Shown piece after piece: positions 49,650 to 62,081 of a stretch of 64,000 nt of DNA (its first letter is position 1; every line of letters starts with the position of its first letter). Below the pieces are notes generated by a model. The model was given only the letters and a program-made list of their open reading frames with translations, was not told where the DNA came from and searched no databases. Position numbers and translations under genes: made by a program. This DNA comes from Hamiltosporidium tvaerminnensis FI-OER-3-3 (lineage: Eukaryota > Fungi > Microsporidia): assembly GCA_022605425.2 (NCBI GenBank), contig CM061253.1, positions 124,001-188,000 of the forward strand, read 5' to 3'.

Positions 49650-52600
49650 TTGTACTATCGAAATAATTATATATAATAAAAACAATTTTTGCTTTTTTTA
49701 AAATAGGACTAAGTTGAAACTTTATAGGCTTTATAAATGAATTGGTTTCAAGCAATATTTCTAAATATATTCTATATAAAGACTTTGTTAAATTACAAAC
49801 TATCAAATTGTAAAAGATTTTGAGAGTTTCTATAATAGTTAGAAATTTTTTCCATTTGAAATTAAGTAAAAATTCTAACCTTGATCTCATAAGATATAAA
49901 TAGGCTACATCGAACCAAAATTTAAAATTTTAGATTTTACTGGTATTTGTATTTTGGTCTGAATTACGCTTTCTTTCATATCTTCCTCCAGTAGCAATAT
50001 TTTAAACTATACACTGCAATTGGTTTTTTAAAAAACAAAGTTATAATATCATTAAAGTTTGCGATAACTGCTACTGTTTCTTGTAAACAACATTTCTAAT
50101 TAATATATTGGATGCTTGTATATCAATATCGATATATTTCATCTATGTCATTCCAAAGTCTGATTGAAACCTAAATGCAATATTCTTTATTCGATAAATT
50201 AAAGGTAATATTTAGTTTTAGTACTATTTTGTGTGTAATCTCGATTTATAAGTCGTAGTTATATGCTCGAAGGGGTGTTGTATTAGTTATAAATAGGCAT
50301 AAAATATCCCTTTAACTTGTAAGAAACTATACAGACACCTCTGCCGTTTAGGAAAATCATCTGATTTAATCTGCGGGGTTTTCTATTCAGTTTCTGAGTC
50401 ATTTTTTAATGAATAAAGAAAATAGCGGCCATTTTTAGATAGTATTATGATCCCAGGTTTCTGACCAAAAGAAAAATACACACATTATAGAATTTGATTT
50501 GTTATGCTGGTGAAAATTTGTTTATGGGCTCTAATTTTACACAAGTAGTTACAAATTTGACCAATTATTCGTTTTATTGCCCTATAGATATGTTTTTTTG
50601 ATGTGGTCTGAATAAAATTTTCATTTTTCTTAGATCTAATAATATTCAAACATACTTAAATCAAGTATCTAAAATATTATGATTTTTCAAAACTACGGTA
50701 GTAAAACCTAGTTTGCTTTCCTTAATTCATCATATTTTGAAGTATAGAAAAAAAGTATATCGCTTGACCTAGTTTTTGTTAGTTTACTATATTAAATAAT
50801 GATATAATCATAAATGCTCATATTTGTGGTATCATATGATAAATACTGCAAAATTTCTTTGTGCAACTCTCATCCAAGAATGTATTGATTTCTTATCTTT
50901 CCCACTTTAAAATTAGTATTTATATTATATTACGACAAAGTGGCTATGTTTGAAGTACGTCTTTAACAATGAATCGCTCTAATTCCCGGGATTTCTGTAA
51001 AAAAATAAACTTTCAAACAAATAGAAATCACAGTGTTGTATTTATGCCTTTTAAAGCGCTCGTTTTAGGTGAATCATTTATTTTGCTTTTTTTTCAAATC
51101 TATTTTGGTTGTCTTTTAAATACCGCAGTTTTACTTCTATAAATATTCCGTGTTTTAAAAATTCTTGAAAATGTATTTTCTCTCATATTTAGCAAATTTA
51201 AGACATAAAAAATTTGGATTTTTAGTATATTTTTTTACAGGTTCTTCATTTAAAATTCTTTTTATTCAAGAAAAAACAAAATTTTACAAACATATGTTTG
51301 CCAAATCTTCATTTTTCAACTCTTTTCTAGAGTATGATGAGTATAAAATTCAATTTTGCAGTCTTCTATATATTTTATTAGTTTCTTTAAAGTACTAAAT
51401 GAAATTTATTATGTGACATAGATAGGTCACTCGATAATTAATACAATCAGAAGTTCTTTTCAAGCAATGTTACGTTTTTATTTTTTTTGATTTTTAAAAT
51501 GAATTAATAATGTTTATTTATCATGATCCGTTCCAGAGACTTTGATTCATATTCCAATGATACTTATTACGATAATATATTTCGCGGCTTTCTTCTTAAA
51601 TTTCATATTTCGTAGTAATTAGGGATAAAAAGAAAGTCAAAACGCACTGTTGTTTATTCCAGAATCTCGTGCATTTATAGAAATGATTCCATCTCTTGTA
51701 TTTGAGACCAATTTATATTTATCAAATGTGATTTGCTTAATTCGAACAAAATAAGAATAATTTAGCAAGGATACCCGTTTCGGTATCTATTTAAAGTTTA
51801 TACGAATACATTTTTAAGCTGTTGAAAGAAGAAAATTGGACAGCAAGTTAAACTAAAAAACAAAATTTGCATTTTTTACGGTTCACACTTCTTTTTTTTG
51901 GTATTAAGAATATTTACGTTCCCATTTAAAAATATTTTGAATAGAAATTTTATAGAGCAATCGAAATAGATAGTTTTCACTTTGTCTTATCAGAGACGCA
52001 AGACGCAGTAGACCATATTTTGAGCGCGTTAATTCATGTTTACTGCAAGTTTTAAACATATTTATATTTCTGACTTGGCTTTGTTAGTCGGTACTATCTT
52101 TTTTACCTCTCTATAGCATCAATCTATGTTTTTCATCTGTTTGATTTCGTCTTTCCTGGGCTCATGTATGAATATTTATAGACACTTTGTCCACAATCTG
52201 AATAGGTTTGTAATCAGGTAACTTTTTTCTAGCGGAACCGTTGATTAATAATAATAATACAATGTTCGGGCTGATTATGTATTTATTATGTCTGTGGCGG
52301 ATTTTCCAAACCTTCATTTTCACGAAAGAAAAAAGAAATTAAAGTTTCAAGTAGATCGATAAGAAAGTTTTATATATTATAGATTTTAAGAGCTTGATTT
52401 TAAGATTTCAGCTGCATGTATTCTCATTCATCAAAAAAAAGCGAATGATTATTCCATTAAACCTTTATTTATGTGTTTTATAAATTAACTATCTTACTTT
52501 TGTTCCACATAGTAGATTAAAGGATCAATTTCTGTATGATAACTTAATTTTAAAATTTTCGCCGAATAAATTTCTTAAAACTCTTACTAAATATCTTTTT

Positions 52601-53469
52601 GGCAAAATATGGTTTTCTTTAACACTCAATACTTCAAATATAAAATATAAAACGCAATTGATCCGTATTTGAGCCTTAACTAAAAATTTAATTTCTTTGA
52701 TTATGTTAAGTTTTAACTCGTTTTATAAAACTTTTTGTATTTCAAAAAGCAAGCTCCTCATTTATCTTGCAATATGATTAATGAAATTCTTCAAGTTTTA
52801 ACAAATTTATATTTCTATTTTTTAGGTGCCTCAATATATCTTTAGATTATAAAACTAACTTATACATATTGAATTGTAATGATCTTTTAGGTTATAACAT
52901 TTTTTAAACCTTGTTTTATATATAACTCTAATTCGATTTTATACATTGCTATTTACTCAATTTTTTTGGCTTTTTAAAAATCTTTTATAAAACTTCGTTG
53001 AAAATATTTAAACTTAGCCACCAATTTATTTTTCTATCATATTTATAAAAGCCATAAACAAACAAAAGACATTGAATTATACAACAGTCAAGTTATATCT
53101 AGTTGTTGCTTTCTTCGAAATCAAATTTTCCTTTTATTACTGTCAAATCATTAGACACACTAAATTAAAACCAAAAAATACTTTCTATTCCATATTTATA
53201 CACTCATATTTCTTAAAAAATTTTTACAGTGATTTCTAATATTTTATAATTCGAAACTCAAATACCAAAATATTTCCCCTTACAAAGTATTTGACATATA
53301 GGAATCATTTATCTTTTTATAACCATAAAAAGGTTGTATTTTCGGTCCCTAACACTTTATTCTTTCATTAAATAGGAGAATCGAAAATAAGACACATTTA
53401 TTTGAAAAGTAGATATATTTAAATTTATACCTGATTCAAAAAAATAACATATCCTCTATAAACATAAAA

Positions 53470-54180
53470 AGTTGAGGGAGGATAACCAAATAAAAAACTT
53501 TTTGCTTGGTAATGAGTGTTTAAACTGGTGTGAGAATCATTGTTTGGTGGGAATAAAACTATACTACATCTTTGGTTGTTCCATGGGAGTTGTTATGAGG
53601 GGAAGAGGTCTAGGAAATAGTGAAACTTTTTCTACAGATTTATTTGTAATTTTTTATGTAACTAGATTGCAGACCGCAGCTGAACATGTAGGTAATTGCC
53701 ATGTAAAAGCATGGAACCCTAGCCTTGCTCACTCGGGTTAGAAGACTTAGCGCCTGGGAGATATAAAAATAAAACCCATTAAAAGCAGGGAGAGCTAAGT
53801 AGCAGGTTATACCTGTTGGTATGAAATTGCACTAACTAGCTGAACCTCATGTAAATCTCTGAAATATATCTTCAATAGTCTATTGGATTCATGAAGTGTA
53901 GAGTAAGTGTGAATGCTGCATAGTCTTGGGGAGCCCAGGGGGTTTCGGTTTTAGATCACACTATGCAACGAGCATTAACGAACTCCGGCTAATTGCCTTG
54001 TCTATTAATTAGGTTCTACACATCTGGTAGATGAAAGGCTTTGAGACGTAGATATTGCAGAGGGTACTGATGAAGTGTTGGGGTGCAGTTATTTATGTTA
54101 AACCCAGAACTGCGTTAATGTCATGAAAACAAATATAACACTTACTACTATTTTAAAAAGATGTGATACTTTTAAATAAA
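53470..54180 (+). mobile_element. ~715-bp non-coding structured retroposon (family B), copy 3
   Basis: Inverted relative to copy 2. Ends AATAAA and is followed by G-TCGATAGTACAA. Confidence 0.85.
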
Positions 54181-54510
54181 GTCGATAGTACAAGTCGGAA
54201 ATCTAAACCGTCATAGACGAAACCATTACGATATTATGATTGAGTTATTTGATTTACGTATTAAAAAGCAGCCTTTTTTCTTTATAAATACATACAAAAA
54301 GACTTTAATATTACCAAAAAACAAAGTAAATAATAATTTATAATTAAATTTTATATGACCCAAGTTTATTGATTATATAAATTATAAATATTTGTATTAC
54401 TAAAAGAATTAACATATAAATGTAAAATAATAGTTAGTTTTTTAATTCTTCATTGTTTAATTAATATCGTGATCCAAAGTATTGTTTAAAACTATTAAGA
54501 TTTCAGATTC

Positions 54511-56973
54511 TCAAACTATATCTTCGAGGGGCAAAGGATTTATATTAATTTTCATTATCTGAGAATTTGAATTCACCTTGCATCCACGCAATTCGACATT
54601 CTTTAATATTGGCTGTGAAATAATAAAGTTTTCAATGTCAGAATCAACATTTGTATTAACCAGAACGAGTGTTTCTAGAACCAAACATTTTAAAATTCCG
54701 TATTCCTTCAAGAATTCAGAAAATACTTTATTGTCTAAAGTAATTACAAGGTATACCAGGTTTGTTATCGAAAATATTTGAGAAATATCTGATGAACAAA
54801 GCTTGTTTCCACATAAGTTGATTTCTCGAAGAGAAGAAATAAGCGCCTTACTTAAATGGCTCATAAATCCATATGAGAGGTCGCAATGACATAAATTGAG
54901 TCGAGATAGACAATCAAATTGGTAAATAAAAGAAAGATTTGTTAATTCTAACTTATTTCCCGACAGATCCAAATCTACCAACTTACTTGCAAATACATAT
55001 TCGGAATTTAAAAAATCCAATGAATTATCTGTCGAAAAAGATAAATTTATATGTTGAAGTACTTCAAACGCAGTTATGTGGGTCAATATATCTCTGGTTA
55101 TTAAATTTTTGGATAAACTTAATTTTTTTGTGGTGGTATGCAATGATTTTTGACTTAAAATCCTCTTTAAATATTTTATTTCATTTAACTGATCTAAATA
55201 CAAAATCTCTACTTGTATATTTGAAGAAAAATATTCGGAAAAAAATTGATTCAATTTTGAATAAGATAGATCTAAATATTGAAATTTATTTTGCCAGTTT
55301 TCGTGATCTTCAAAATATCTCAATCGCTCAAAATTAACTCCTCTCACACTTAGAAATTTTAAAACTTTGCACAACATAAATGATTGTAAAATCTTGTAAT
55401 TTAAACGAGAGTAATTTGCTCTGAGTTCTTTCAGCGTCTCGTTTCTCAGGGCGTTTAAATCTTTTGAACTTCCATTGTATATACAACACGAAAGATCTAA
55501 AAGTTCAATGTGTAGGGCATGCAAATGATTAAAAAATCCATTTAGCAATAAAAAACCTACTATATGCAGCTTTCTTAATTTTGGAAAATAGTATGACAAT
55601 TTACACAAAAGAAAATTTAAAGATGTATTACATTTGACTAAAATAAGTGAATCTAAATTTTTTAAAGTTTCCAAAAAGCAATAATCTGTACTTAACAATT
55701 CTAATCGTTCAAATTCGACATAAGTTATTTCATTATTTTTGATTGATTGTAATGAACTAAAAATTGAAATAAAACTTGTTCTCATTTCATAGTTCGTTGT
55801 ATGTTTTGTAATATTGTTACATGCAAAATCCAAATCCTTAAATTCAGTAAAATATATATCATCACTAGAAATCTTAATACCTTTTATTTTGAACGAATAA
55901 ACTATACAATTCAAAAATACAAATTTATCTTTGGAATTTTCTTGTGAGATTAATTCCAGAGCTATAGGTGTGATTCTAACCATGATTTCATCTATATTAT
56001 GTTTTTCAAATGAAAGTATATTTTTATTCTGTTTCTTCTCGACTAAAACCAATTCTTTACGATTAGAATTATAAGTTATATCGATAGTTTCATATAATAA
56101 ATATAAGAAAGGTAAAAAATATTTGTTATAATTGATAAAATCAGCGCCCGTTAGATTTGATACACCGACATTAGATCTATCTTGTAAATACAAAAATATA
56201 AATGGAAGTAAATTTTTATAGAATGTTAATAAGGCATCCGAGTCTGAATAACAGGTGAGATCGTACAAAAGCCAAATTAAACCTAAGAACTCTTCTTTTT
56301 TTAAACCTGCAAAATTCAGATTCCATCCATTTTTTAAAATGTTCATACATTCTTCAAAAATAACACAATCTATATTGCTCTTCGTGATATCTTTAATATT
56401 TAGTTTTATTTCGTTATTTCCAGATCTTTTTAATTCATCAAAATACTTAGATTTGATTATAAAATCATCTGAATAATCAAAACTAAACATATCTGTATCT
56501 TCGGACAGTAAAATTTCTGTATCACCCAGGTTTTCTATACAAAAATCCTTATTATTGAACACAGCAATTCCTTCAATATTGTGTTCTATAATATCGCTTT
56601 CTGACGGTAAAATATTTTTTGCATTTGGCACGTGGTATTCTATTTGATTGCTATAAACCTTGAAATGGCGCTGAGAAGCAAAAAAAGAAGGTTGAAATTG
56701 TCGCAAAGATCTTATTTCAGACCCATATTTTTTCTTTCTACTATAAGAATTTAAAAGAGAAAGAAGCAGAGGCTTCTCGGTAGCTGGATTTTCTAAAAAA
56801 CCGGCTCTTTCAAAATCTATAACAATTCTAATGCAATTATTGGGTCGCAGAAACCTACAAATCAAAATAATGAATGTATAGTTTCTAAAACTTATAGGTA
56901 ATTGTAATATTTTTTTGCATTTTTTCTTGTGAAAACTAGCATTGAGTAAAAATAATACGCAATCGAAATACAT
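54511..56973 (-). CDS. Leucine-rich-repeat protein (820 aa), lineage-specific family
   Basis: Intact long ORF with repeated LxxLxLxxN/C motifs in the C-terminal half (IELLDLSCC, FQYLDLSYSKL, LVDLDLSGNKL, LSRLNLCHCDL, LREINLCGNKL) and hydrophobic N-terminal segments. Confidence 0.85.
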   Translation of the reverse strand: MYFDCVLFLLNASFHKKKCKKILQLPISFRNYTFIILICRFLRPNNCIRIVIDFERAGFLENPATEKPLLLSLLNSYSRKKKYGSEIRSLRQFQPSFFASQRHFKVYSNQIEYHVPNAKNILPSESDIIEHNIEGIAVFNNKDFCIENLGDTEILLSEDTDMFSFDYSDDFIIKSKYFDELKRSGNNEIKLNIKDITKSNIDCVIFEECMNILKNGWNLNFAGLKKEEFLGLIWLLYDLTCYSDSDALLTFYKNLLPFIFLYLQDRSNVGVSNLTGADFINYNKYFLPFLYLLYETIDITYNSNRKELVLVEKKQNKNILSFEKHNIDEIMVRITPIALELISQENSKDKFVFLNCIVYSFKIKGIKISSDDIYFTEFKDLDFACNNITKHTTNYEMRTSFISIFSSLQSIKNNEITYVEFERLELLSTDYCFLETLKNLDSLILVKCNTSLNFLLCKLSYYFPKLRKLHIVGFLLLNGFFNHLHALHIELLDLSCCIYNGSSKDLNALRNETLKELRANYSRLNYKILQSFMLCKVLKFLSVRGVNFERLRYFEDHENWQNKFQYLDLSYSKLNQFFSEYFSSNIQVEILYLDQLNEIKYLKRILSQKSLHTTTKKLSLSKNLITRDILTHITAFEVLQHINLSFSTDNSLDFLNSEYVFASKLVDLDLSGNKLELTNLSFIYQFDCLSRLNLCHCDLSYGFMSHLSKALISSLREINLCGNKLCSSDISQIFSITNLVYLVITLDNKVFSEFLKEYGILKCLVLETLVLVNTNVDSDIENFIISQPILKNVELRGCKVNSNSQIMKININPLPLEDIV

Positions 56974-59900
56974 TTTTATTAGGCGTCAATATTTTAATTT
57001 TTATTTTTATAATTAATTTTTTTTAATTTAATACAAGATAAACAACTGTAGTAATTATAGAAGACATCGGATTTCTTAAATATAATCTGATAAAACAAAA
57101 AAAAAGATCAAAAAATTTATTAAATGTCGATATTCGAGATTCCGGAATTTTTTCAGGTTTCCAGGTAAAAAAGTAGATATAATTATTTATATTCGAATTG
57201 TTAGAAATAATAGCCATAAAAAATTTACTCTAATCAAAATTCTGTATAATACCATTATCTTAATTAAAGTACAGATTGATTTTTCAGCCTTTATTATTGA
57301 ATGTAGCTATAATTTAGATTCTTGTAAAAAGTAATTTTAGTAGTAAATCAGAAATAATATTTAGGAAGATTTTGGAAAAGCTGATATGAGGCGAAACACT
57401 GACAGCATATAAAAATTATGGAACTTAAACAATGTAATACTGAGTTAATGAGCAAAGAATTCTAAAAAAGAAAAAATTTTTGTGCATAGACTTCTATTTC
57501 TGTAATATCCTTTGTATGTAGCTTTATTCTAGGAAGTTAAGAATATATGACTAAAGATATACGATGTTTAACAGTATAACCTAAATATCCCTGCCAATAG
57601 AATTCTCTCGGAGCATTTACATGCCCAAAGTCTATTAATATCATAAAAGAAACATATCTAGTGATTTAATTTAGGAATGGGTAATTATTTATACTTCCTT
57701 TTCGTTATTCAGTAGATGCTAAAATCAGAAGTAGTTCATTTAGGATTATAGTTTTTAAAACAATAATATAACAAGCCTTAGATAAGTATTACAGTGCTTC
57801 AAGAGAATATCAGGAGAAATTAAACTTTAAAATAATAGATTTTATTGAACATTTAACTCATGAGAACATATATGAAATTAAGTGATTAAAATAAAAGTTC
57901 TAAAAATGTTTTCATTTCGCGTGGTTCATATCAATTGACTGACAATTCACGTTACATAGACATACCCAAGAAATATTTGTATAAATACTAAAATTTTAGC
58001 AAATTAAAGGAAGTATTGAGTGATCTAGGCGCAAATGTTATAAAGATGCCTATGAGACTTCTGAACTCTGCAATCAAATTTTTATCAAACATAATATTTT
58101 TTCGTATCGACTTATAAAAAAGTTAGATATTATATAGGTAACACATAAATTTCATGATAATGAAAATCTTAAGAGATAGATCTACTTCTTAAATATAAGA
58201 TAAGTAAAATTGGTTAATTTGTGACTTAAAATTAACTTGAGAAGGTGCCTAGAACTCTAACGTATGTTTTTACACAAGAAAACGCACAAAATAGGCTTAT
58301 TCGAATTTAATACCGGATTTTATTTACATACTTCATATTTCTTTTTTTTTCGGCGTCGAAGATGCACAAATGAAAGTTTACCATCTGTTTCTTTTAATCT
58401 GTTGTAATTTGGGATCATATGAGATCGGCTTATAAATCATATGTGGTTTTTGTTTTCCACAACGACTGTAAAGATTGCATACGTTTTATACACACTCAAT
58501 GCCAAGCAGATGATTTTTAAAGCGGTTATACTCCCTTAATCTACTATTTTTTTGATTCGAGATCAAAATAAAGAAATGCGTCTATAAATGCTAATGCGAA
58601 GAAACCTGCGATCTATAAAAATATTATGCCCTAGAAAAGAGAATCGTATGTTAGAGTAGTTCTGGAGTCAATAAAACAATGAATTATTTTAACCTGAAAA
58701 CAGAAGTAATTTGATTTTTTGCGGTAAAAGTAAGTTTTTGTATTCTGTTCGCCAAATAAAAATGTACTGTTTCCGTGTTTAAAGTAATTAATAAACTAGT
58801 ATCTGAAATTATAAAATCTTATTTTATTTGATACGATTGTAACCATTATTTATAAGACTACATTTTTGATCTCCAAAACTTGATTTTACATGTATTTTAC
58901 TTTAGAGAATTACACAGCTCTAAACTAAAATAAAATTTATATTGTAGAATTTATAAGTATGATAATGAGAACATACAATATTTGTGGAGTGTAGATTACA
59001 TATTAAATTCCAAATTAGGGGTTAATGGTGTCCAAACTCATGAGATAAGTCAAATCTCACGCTTCAAAAATATGCAAAATTATTAAAATAAATAGTCTTA
59101 TAGTATTAATTGTGATATATAACTCATTTTCAAAAAACTAATATGAAGCTAAAATTGATGCAAAAAGCCTGCAATGTATTCTACTGGTTATGAGTGTATT
59201 GAAAATATTTAACCGACTAAAGCGCGAACTATATTCGCCAAAAACCCTAGTATTTAATTTATAATATTTATTTAATAAATGCATATAAAATTTAGATAAA
59301 GGGAATATAATCGCAGTAAGAACTATCTATAGTATGGTGATGTCGGATTGTCTTAAAGGCGTTGTTGGCATTTGGTAAGACATAATAAAACTAGGGGTAT
59401 AAGCTAAACACCTATAGTCTCTAGTTACAATATATTTAAAGAAACAAATTAAAAGCATCTATTTGTTTCTTTTCAATCCCCGAGTAGTAAAAGAAGAGGA
59501 ATTAATAGCAAGTAAGTATAATTAGAAGTCTCTTACCGGAGTCGAAAATTTATAGCTAATCTATAAAAACCAGAAATGAGACTAAAAGAACAACGAAGGA
59601 TTTGTTAGCAAAAATATTTACTGAAAAATTTAAATGACAATAGTTTGTCCCTTTTGTGAATCAAACCCGTATTTTCTAAAGCGAAACCAATATAAAAATC
59701 GCAATGTGTTTATAAATCGACTTGGCACGACTCATTAGCTTATTTTCAGCGATGCTTCTTTTTTCTGCGTAGTAATTGAAATCGTTACTTCATAAATTAA
59801 CAAAAAGCAGTATTTTGCAAAATTGAGATTTTTTATGTAAAAAAAGAAACTGAATAAAATGAGGCATATAATGATTCCTATAATGAGGCTTAAAATGATT

Positions 59901-60179
59901 CGACTTCTATCTTCAAAATTTCTAAGTCTTTACAAACCAGCTTAGATATTACAGAATACCAAAGGTGAATGAATAGATAAACCAATAGAGGATATAAAGA
60001 GAATGTTTCTTGAGTTGATGAACTTTCACTTTAAATGGCAAAAGAGTAAACTCAATATTTACAAAAAACATATCTAATTAAATATAATGTATATATACTT
60101 TGTGTTTTAATTGTGTATTATATGAGCTCTAATGACAAGTGTTGCGACTAGAATTGTCTAGAATGTAGAGGTTGTAATA

Positions 60180-60620
60180 TATATAGCAATAGTATAACGA
60201 TAAGGTGGAGGTTAGAATAGACAAAACCCTTGTTTTTGGAACGCGGTGTAAACTTATGAGTATCTTGCCTTTAGATTCTTGAACGAAACAATAAAATAGA
60301 TACCAGCAGAGTATAAATCTTTAAAAAAGCTTTATGAGAACAAATACATTTTGTCTCAAGAGAAGTCTCTATGGATTTTTAAACTACCATTACAGTAATC
60401 AATGACGTGCGATAAATATTAGGAAATACTCGAAAAATGTTAATTTATATAAAATATTGACACATGATAACTTATGAAAGATAAATATTGCCCACAATAA
60501 TCTTATTATGTTATATTTTCCTTTAAATGCATGTGTGAGGGCATTGCGGATATACTCGCAGATTTCTGTAACATAAAATCTATTAATCCGTTTGAACAGG
60601 CAGAAGAAAAGTATCAAAAC
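60180..60620 (+). mobile_element. Possible eroded ISXO2/Merlin-like transposase relic
   Basis: Broken frames EVRIDKTLVFGTR and CGYTRRFL*HK loosely match VEIDES and GYxHxxVNH. Weak. Confidence 0.2.
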
Positions 60621-62081
60621 ACATGAGACTTGATATATTTAGTAGAACAATTTACTAATTCATGTGCAGGTGTTTTGAAGGATTGCATGATATGGCTCAA
60701 TTAAGAGTTTTTATAAGTTAAAAACCCTTTAGACATTGTAATAAACTTTCAAAAATGAATTCGAGGCTTTTTATGTAATAAAATAGTAATAAGATTACGA
60801 AGCTAAAAATAAGGAAATTAGTTCATATATGAATATAAATAAGTTAATGTACATTGAAGTATAAATTGATAGGTTAATGTCGTTATGTTGTCGAATTAAA
60901 ACATGGGAAGAAGTATGTATATCTCCTTGAATGATAACCTGGCATTTAAAACCGATGTTTTTAGAAAATCTTTTTTGTTATCAGCTTGTAACTTTTTGAG
61001 ATAATTTGATAAGATATTCCCAAAAACAAAAAATATTTACCAAATAAAAAAACCCACAGACAAAATATTGAACAAATCATTTATTATATGTGGATGTACG
61101 ATAAATATGTGTAGCCACAGCCTGCTCTATAATGGTAATAAATGAAGGACTATGTAGAAATGAAATATATAGAAAAAGGGATATCTTCTATAAATCATGG
61201 ATACCGAAGAATAATTAAAAAGCAGTTAGAATTATACCTATAACAATCCTCTTAATTTACTTTAAAATATCTGAAATAAAAGATCGATTTTAAATAGCGG
61301 AGTAACAATTTTAAAACTTTTAAACAAAACATGAAACACCGATAAAAAAACACACAAATACATTCATAATAATACATAACTAAAGAATTTAATATGTCCT
61401 GAAAGGTTTAACTTTCATTCTGGAATTAAAAGACGCGTAGTTTAATATAAAATATTTTTTTTTAATCTTTAATTGGTTATAACTTATAAAAAATGAGTAA
61501 AGTTACTCTGTAATGCCAAAAACTACTTGCCAATTCAATTTCAGCTAAGAACAAATCTAAAATAAGCTACTATTATATTTTTTAGTACTTTGAAAAATTA
61601 TTATTTTCATAATTATTTGTTATTTTTTAATTCATAATCTACACAGAGATAACTTTATAGAATAATGTTTTTCTTTTCTCTAAATTTTAATCACTAATCA
61701 TGTTTTTCAAGTTTTGAATTTGGTTTTGAGAGGTTTTTATTTTTTTTAATCAACATCTATTTATTATTTATCAAATATACAAAAAAAATCCAATGGTTAA
61801 CTACGCTTCAAAATTCTTGAATTCGATTCTGAATCGTTTCTTAAATAAGATTTCCACTATTTCTCTGTCTAATAAGACTTTAATTGTTATTCTGATGGTA
61901 TTTTGGATATATTCTGGAAAATTCAAAAAGTTGAATAATAAAATATATAACTTCACTGTTTCTGAAAATTCAAAATTAATTTAAATTTTAGAATTCTATT
62001 ACATAATAAACCGATTTTTATAATTAAAATATTTAATTAAAATATTATTTTTTAATATTTTATTCAGGAACCGAGGCCCAG

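Noticed and set aside
51500-52320. Possible piggyBac relic on the minus strand (VRFDFLLS), and on the plus strand at ~57500-59050
   Set aside because: Too eroded; no TIRs or TTAA boundaries identified.
53660-53930. Group I intron-like words in family B (CCGCAGC, AGACTT...TAGTCT), a CTGATGA hammerhead-like word at ~54067, and RNase P-like words
   Set aside because: I could not build P3/P4/P5, the hammerhead stems or the RNase P P4, and the words are not conserved in all three copies.
54074-54086. GTGTTGGGGTG as a telomerase-like template for the GGGGTGTTA motif; CTAACCC at ~49372
   Set aside because: GTGTTGGGGTG is not conserved in the other two copies, and the CTAACCC/GGGTTAG word is missing from copy 1.
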